Origin: Albugo candida
Lineage: Eukaryota
NCBI GenBank assembly: GCA_040437565.1
Contig: JBDOQK010000089.1
Span: 1 to 52,856 of the forward strand
Length of the DNA: 52,856 nt
Direction: 5' to 3'
Part shown: in pieces, positions 49,300 through 52,856 of the stretch
Position numbering within the stretch: the stretch's first letter is position 1
Layout of the letters: each line of letters begins with the position of its first letter
Notes under the pieces: model-generated
The model's database searches: none
What the model saw: only the letters and a program-made list of their open reading frames with translations
What the model was told of the DNA's origin: nothing
Position numbers and translations under genes: made by a program

Positions 49300-52040
49300 A
49301 TCTGTATATTTTATCTTGTTCACGGTTATGATAACCTTATGGAACTTGCCTAATTTTTTCTCGACATAGGATCGCTGGATGTACGTTCGTCTTAAGCGTA
49401 ACACTGTCTTCAAAATTACTGAACGTGCGCAGTCAGCGTGAATGTGCTGGAACTGTCGGAGTTGCTGATCACTGATCAAACAAGCGACGAATCCAATCGG
49501 TCTAAACAACGTTCAGTGTCACCAAGTGCAATGTAAGCCATAAATCGGGAATAATTTTCTGACAGTCTTTCCTTGTCGGATGGGATACTTTCACATGCAA
49601 TATATGTCCAACGTGGTCGGGAGGAGAGAAACGGATCCCAAATAAGGCGTAAGTCCATCCATAACTGGGCTATGCGATCGCACTCGACAAAGAGATGCTG
49701 ATCGGACTCTGCTGCCGCACAAAAAGGTTGCGTGCAAAATATAATGTCGAGCTTGATTTCGTTTAAGAACCAGAATCGAGATCAATCTGGGAACATTCGA
49801 AAAGCCAGACGAAACTGTAGAGATTCGAAAATGGGTAAGACACTTTCCAATGATGCCGAGATATAGTCTAGATTTTCCGACTCGTTCTGAATCCAGTGCT
49901 TCTGATTTCTCCCGATGACTAAGGTTTTCACATGAGATGACTCTTAATTGGTCCGGGGGTTTCCAGACGATAAATGAGAGTTGCCAGTGCGAAAAATATT
50001 ACAAAATGGTGTTTGTTCTTCATGCTTTTGGCTCCCACATAAAACAATACTTCACTTCTGTTCGGTTAAATCCAAGTGATGGGCCCAATCGTCGAGTGGA
50101 CACGCAGTAGTATCTAAGTGAATTCAATATGAAGTCGCCTCAGCAACTTTTTTCCAGCCATATCCGATCTCTTCAGCTCATCGCCGCTGTAATAAATCTC
50201 GACGAGATCTTCCTCCCTCATCCATGCATCGCAGCCTCGAAAAGTGTCGTGCTGACGCCGAATGTCAAAAGCTGTAGCAAAAGTTTTCGGAAATATGACG
50301 TTGTACGTGCACCATTCCAAGATTGTAGGATGAATTTTGCGAACTCAGACGAGCAGCAGCTTCATATTTTAATTCCTGGTCGCAGTGAAAGAACATCGGC
50401 TGTTTCATGTAGTACCGAGAAAATTTTAAATCTACTATTTTAATGCTCCNNNNNNNNNNNNNNNNNNNNNNNNNNNNNNNNNNNNNNNNNNNNNNNNNNN
50501 NNNNNNNNNNNNNNNNNNNNNNNNNNNNNNNNNNNNNNNNNNNNNNNNNACTTTTTTCCAGCCATATCCGATCTCTTCAGCTCATCGCCGCTGTAATAAA
50601 TCTCGACGAGATCTTCCTCCCTCATCCATGCATCGCAGCCTCGAAAAGTGTCGTGCTGACGCCGAATGTCAAAAGCTGTAGCAAAAGTTTTCGGAAATAT
50701 GACGTTGTACGTGCACCATTCCAAGATTGTAGGATGAATTTTGCGAACTCAGACGAGCAGCAGCTTCATATTTTAATTCCTGGTCGCAGTGAAAGAACAT
50801 CGGCTGTTTCATGTAGTACCGAGAAAATTTTAAATCTACTATTTTAATGCTCCAATCCATCTGATGCCACATTGCAAATGCTTAAGTGTATCCACCAAAA
50901 AGATGTACTCTCCCGTTGTACCATTTTCCCCTGTCGATGTGGTGCGATGTTGAATATGTCCATCGGATTGTGTGGTTCACAAGATGGTTGGATAAGCTGT
51001 AATATTCCCGTCAAAGCAGTTTTTCAACTCCTCGGAATAATTTTCGACGCATAAGATGTGAACTGCTGAACGAATTGAATGCGTTGTAGCTTTATTTGTT
51101 CCACTTCAAAGCTTTTTTTTTGTTTTCAATCAAGCACAAATCCATTTCGTATAGGTTTTCACTGTCGCATAGTCTCCGCTGATATGTCCACGTGCACAGT
51201 GTAATGCCACAGACGTTAAAAGATCATCGTCTGCGCAACCTGCAGTCGACCAAGGACAGTTCGTTCAAGTGGCATCAGTTTACCAAACTCATCATATACA
51301 CGCTTTTCGAGACTTGAAATACCCATAGAACGTGTTGTTGTCTTGTCGAATGGAATACAAAAATACTTTACCAACTCCACTAGACCCAAAATGGTCCGAT
51401 TGGGTATACGTGGACACGGCATGGTCCGATTCAAGAAAAGAGGAAAGTTTTTCCAAAGTTGAGCTCCGCAACAGATTCATCACAATAGACTTGAACGATA
51501 AGAGCCGCGTGAAAACCCCATTTAGTGTTTCCGGAAGCAATGTCGAATCGTCCGCAAAAACTAATCTAGTCGCGACAGTCGTACCTTTGATCTAGATGCC
51601 ATGATCATGTTGTTGGAGTAAATTTCCCAAAGATTCGATCGTCATAAGAAAACGTAATGCTGAAAAGGATCACCTTGTTTCACTCCACGTTGTGCTGTAA
51701 TGGACGGCGTGATATTTCTATTAATCATCAACTGCGCCTCCGTATTGTTCAAAAGAAGGAAAACCCAGTCAATGAAGCTTTCTCCAACGCCCATTTTATC
51801 CAAAACGCGATACTCGTCCGTGTAATTGACTCGATCATAAGTTGCCCAAGCTTTCTCCCTACGATGACTAACAAGGTGTTGTATGTCGGTGAGATGTCGA
51901 ATGTAATAATGAGTCGACCGTCTTTGCACAAATGCTGTTTGATGTTGATGGATCTACTTTGGCAAAAAGCGTTTCAATCGATGCCCACCACTTTTGAATG
52001 TACTTTCACATCGACACAAAAGAGTTAGATTGCTCGACAG
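49300..52040 (-). mobile_element. Degenerate LINE ORF2 remnant related to the element at 1-2664 (approximate limits)
   Basis: YDRVNY and RGVKQGDP (51642-51929), FADDS (about 51545-51560), RTVLGRLQVAQTM (matches RTVRGRLLVAQTM at 707-928), RPRWTYIAC (matches RPRWSHIAC). Confidence 0.88.
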
Positions 52041-52269
52041 TTGCCAGGGTGAAGTTCTAGCTGGTGATATCTGCGAATCAGTAATCAGGAATGGGCACAA
52101 TTATCAGTCTACCGATCTATGTGCGACCATCGCGCCTGAATGACCATAACTTAGAACTGCTAAGGAAAAATATGCCAAAAGCGTTATGTGAGTGCATCAA
52201 CGTCGCTACAACGCAGTGAATATATTTTCCGTCCATACGAACTAAATAGACGTCTGTGTCAAATTTTAC

Positions 52270-52856
52270 ATTAACTCAGATGCTGTTCTTGTAGCGCAAA
52301 GGTAACTCGTCGAGCACTATGAATATTTCACCATCCCAAAGAACTTCTTTGGTACGGTTCAGCTTTATATTATTGTTCCTACATATTCTCAGTAAGGTAT
52401 CAAAGTCATAAATACTCATGATAAGACAATTGTGCAAAAATTCCTTTAGCAGAGCTGTAGTAGAATTTGACAATATTTGAAGCTGTGACCCATCAATAAT
52501 CTGGTAGATGTATACAATATTTTGCCGAAAAGGAATAATTCTTAAACTCGGCGACCAGGACCAACTACCAATATTCTACTAGGAATTCATTGAGGAATAA
52601 CACCCTTATCCCTGCAAATAATCCGTCCTAGCTTCCAGCATGGGCATTGGTCATTCGAGATGCTCGGTAAGTTTTGTTGACTTGTCTCATATTGACTGTG
52701 TTAGACGATAATGCTTCTGACAGGTCGTCAACTGCTTGAGTTCCAACTACAAGACCCGTTACAGGTAAAGTCCAACCCCACCTTAACGGCTGCTTGGTAA
52801 CAACATGAAAGATAAGACAAGGTGAAAACAGTCAGCACTTGGGACCAGACGGACGT
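52270..52856 (-). mobile_element. Ty3/Gypsy reverse transcriptase fragment
   Basis: Minus-strand scraps PMPMLEA, LYTSTRLLMG and LLRICRNNNIKLN parallel the RT region at about 38520-38890. Confidence 0.55.

Noticed and set aside
50146-50853. Repeated ORFs in the second LINE
   Set aside because: Exact 304-bp overlap around the N gap.

Overview
AT-rich eukaryotic DNA (roughly 40% GC by eye), gene-sparse and littered with transposons. It most likely comes from an oomycete white-rust pathogen (Albugo); this is inferred from signal-peptide + CxxCxxxxxG (CCG/CHxC-class) effector genes and oomycete-type retroelements. The core is a cluster of six paralogues of one large, intronless, secreted Cys-rich gene. 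One copy is intact (2938-4707, 589 aa). Five are pseudogenes: 7590-9602 (-), 13237-15120 (-), 19589-21256 (-), 28658-35494 (-) and 44589-46368 (+). The intact protein is built from five tandem Cys modules (CxxC ... C-x(3-11)-C), followed by a length-variable basic tail. Copy 5 is cleanly split by an old full-length Ty1/Copia element (148-bp LTRs, CACCT target duplication). Other mobile elements are two degenerate LINEs at the window ends, a degenerate chromodomain-type Ty3/Gypsy element with LTRs, and several retroelement scraps. Five 100-N gaps are each flanked by exact duplications, which are assembly artefacts. No RNA genes or CRISPR arrays were seen, and most short ORFs in the track are spurious.
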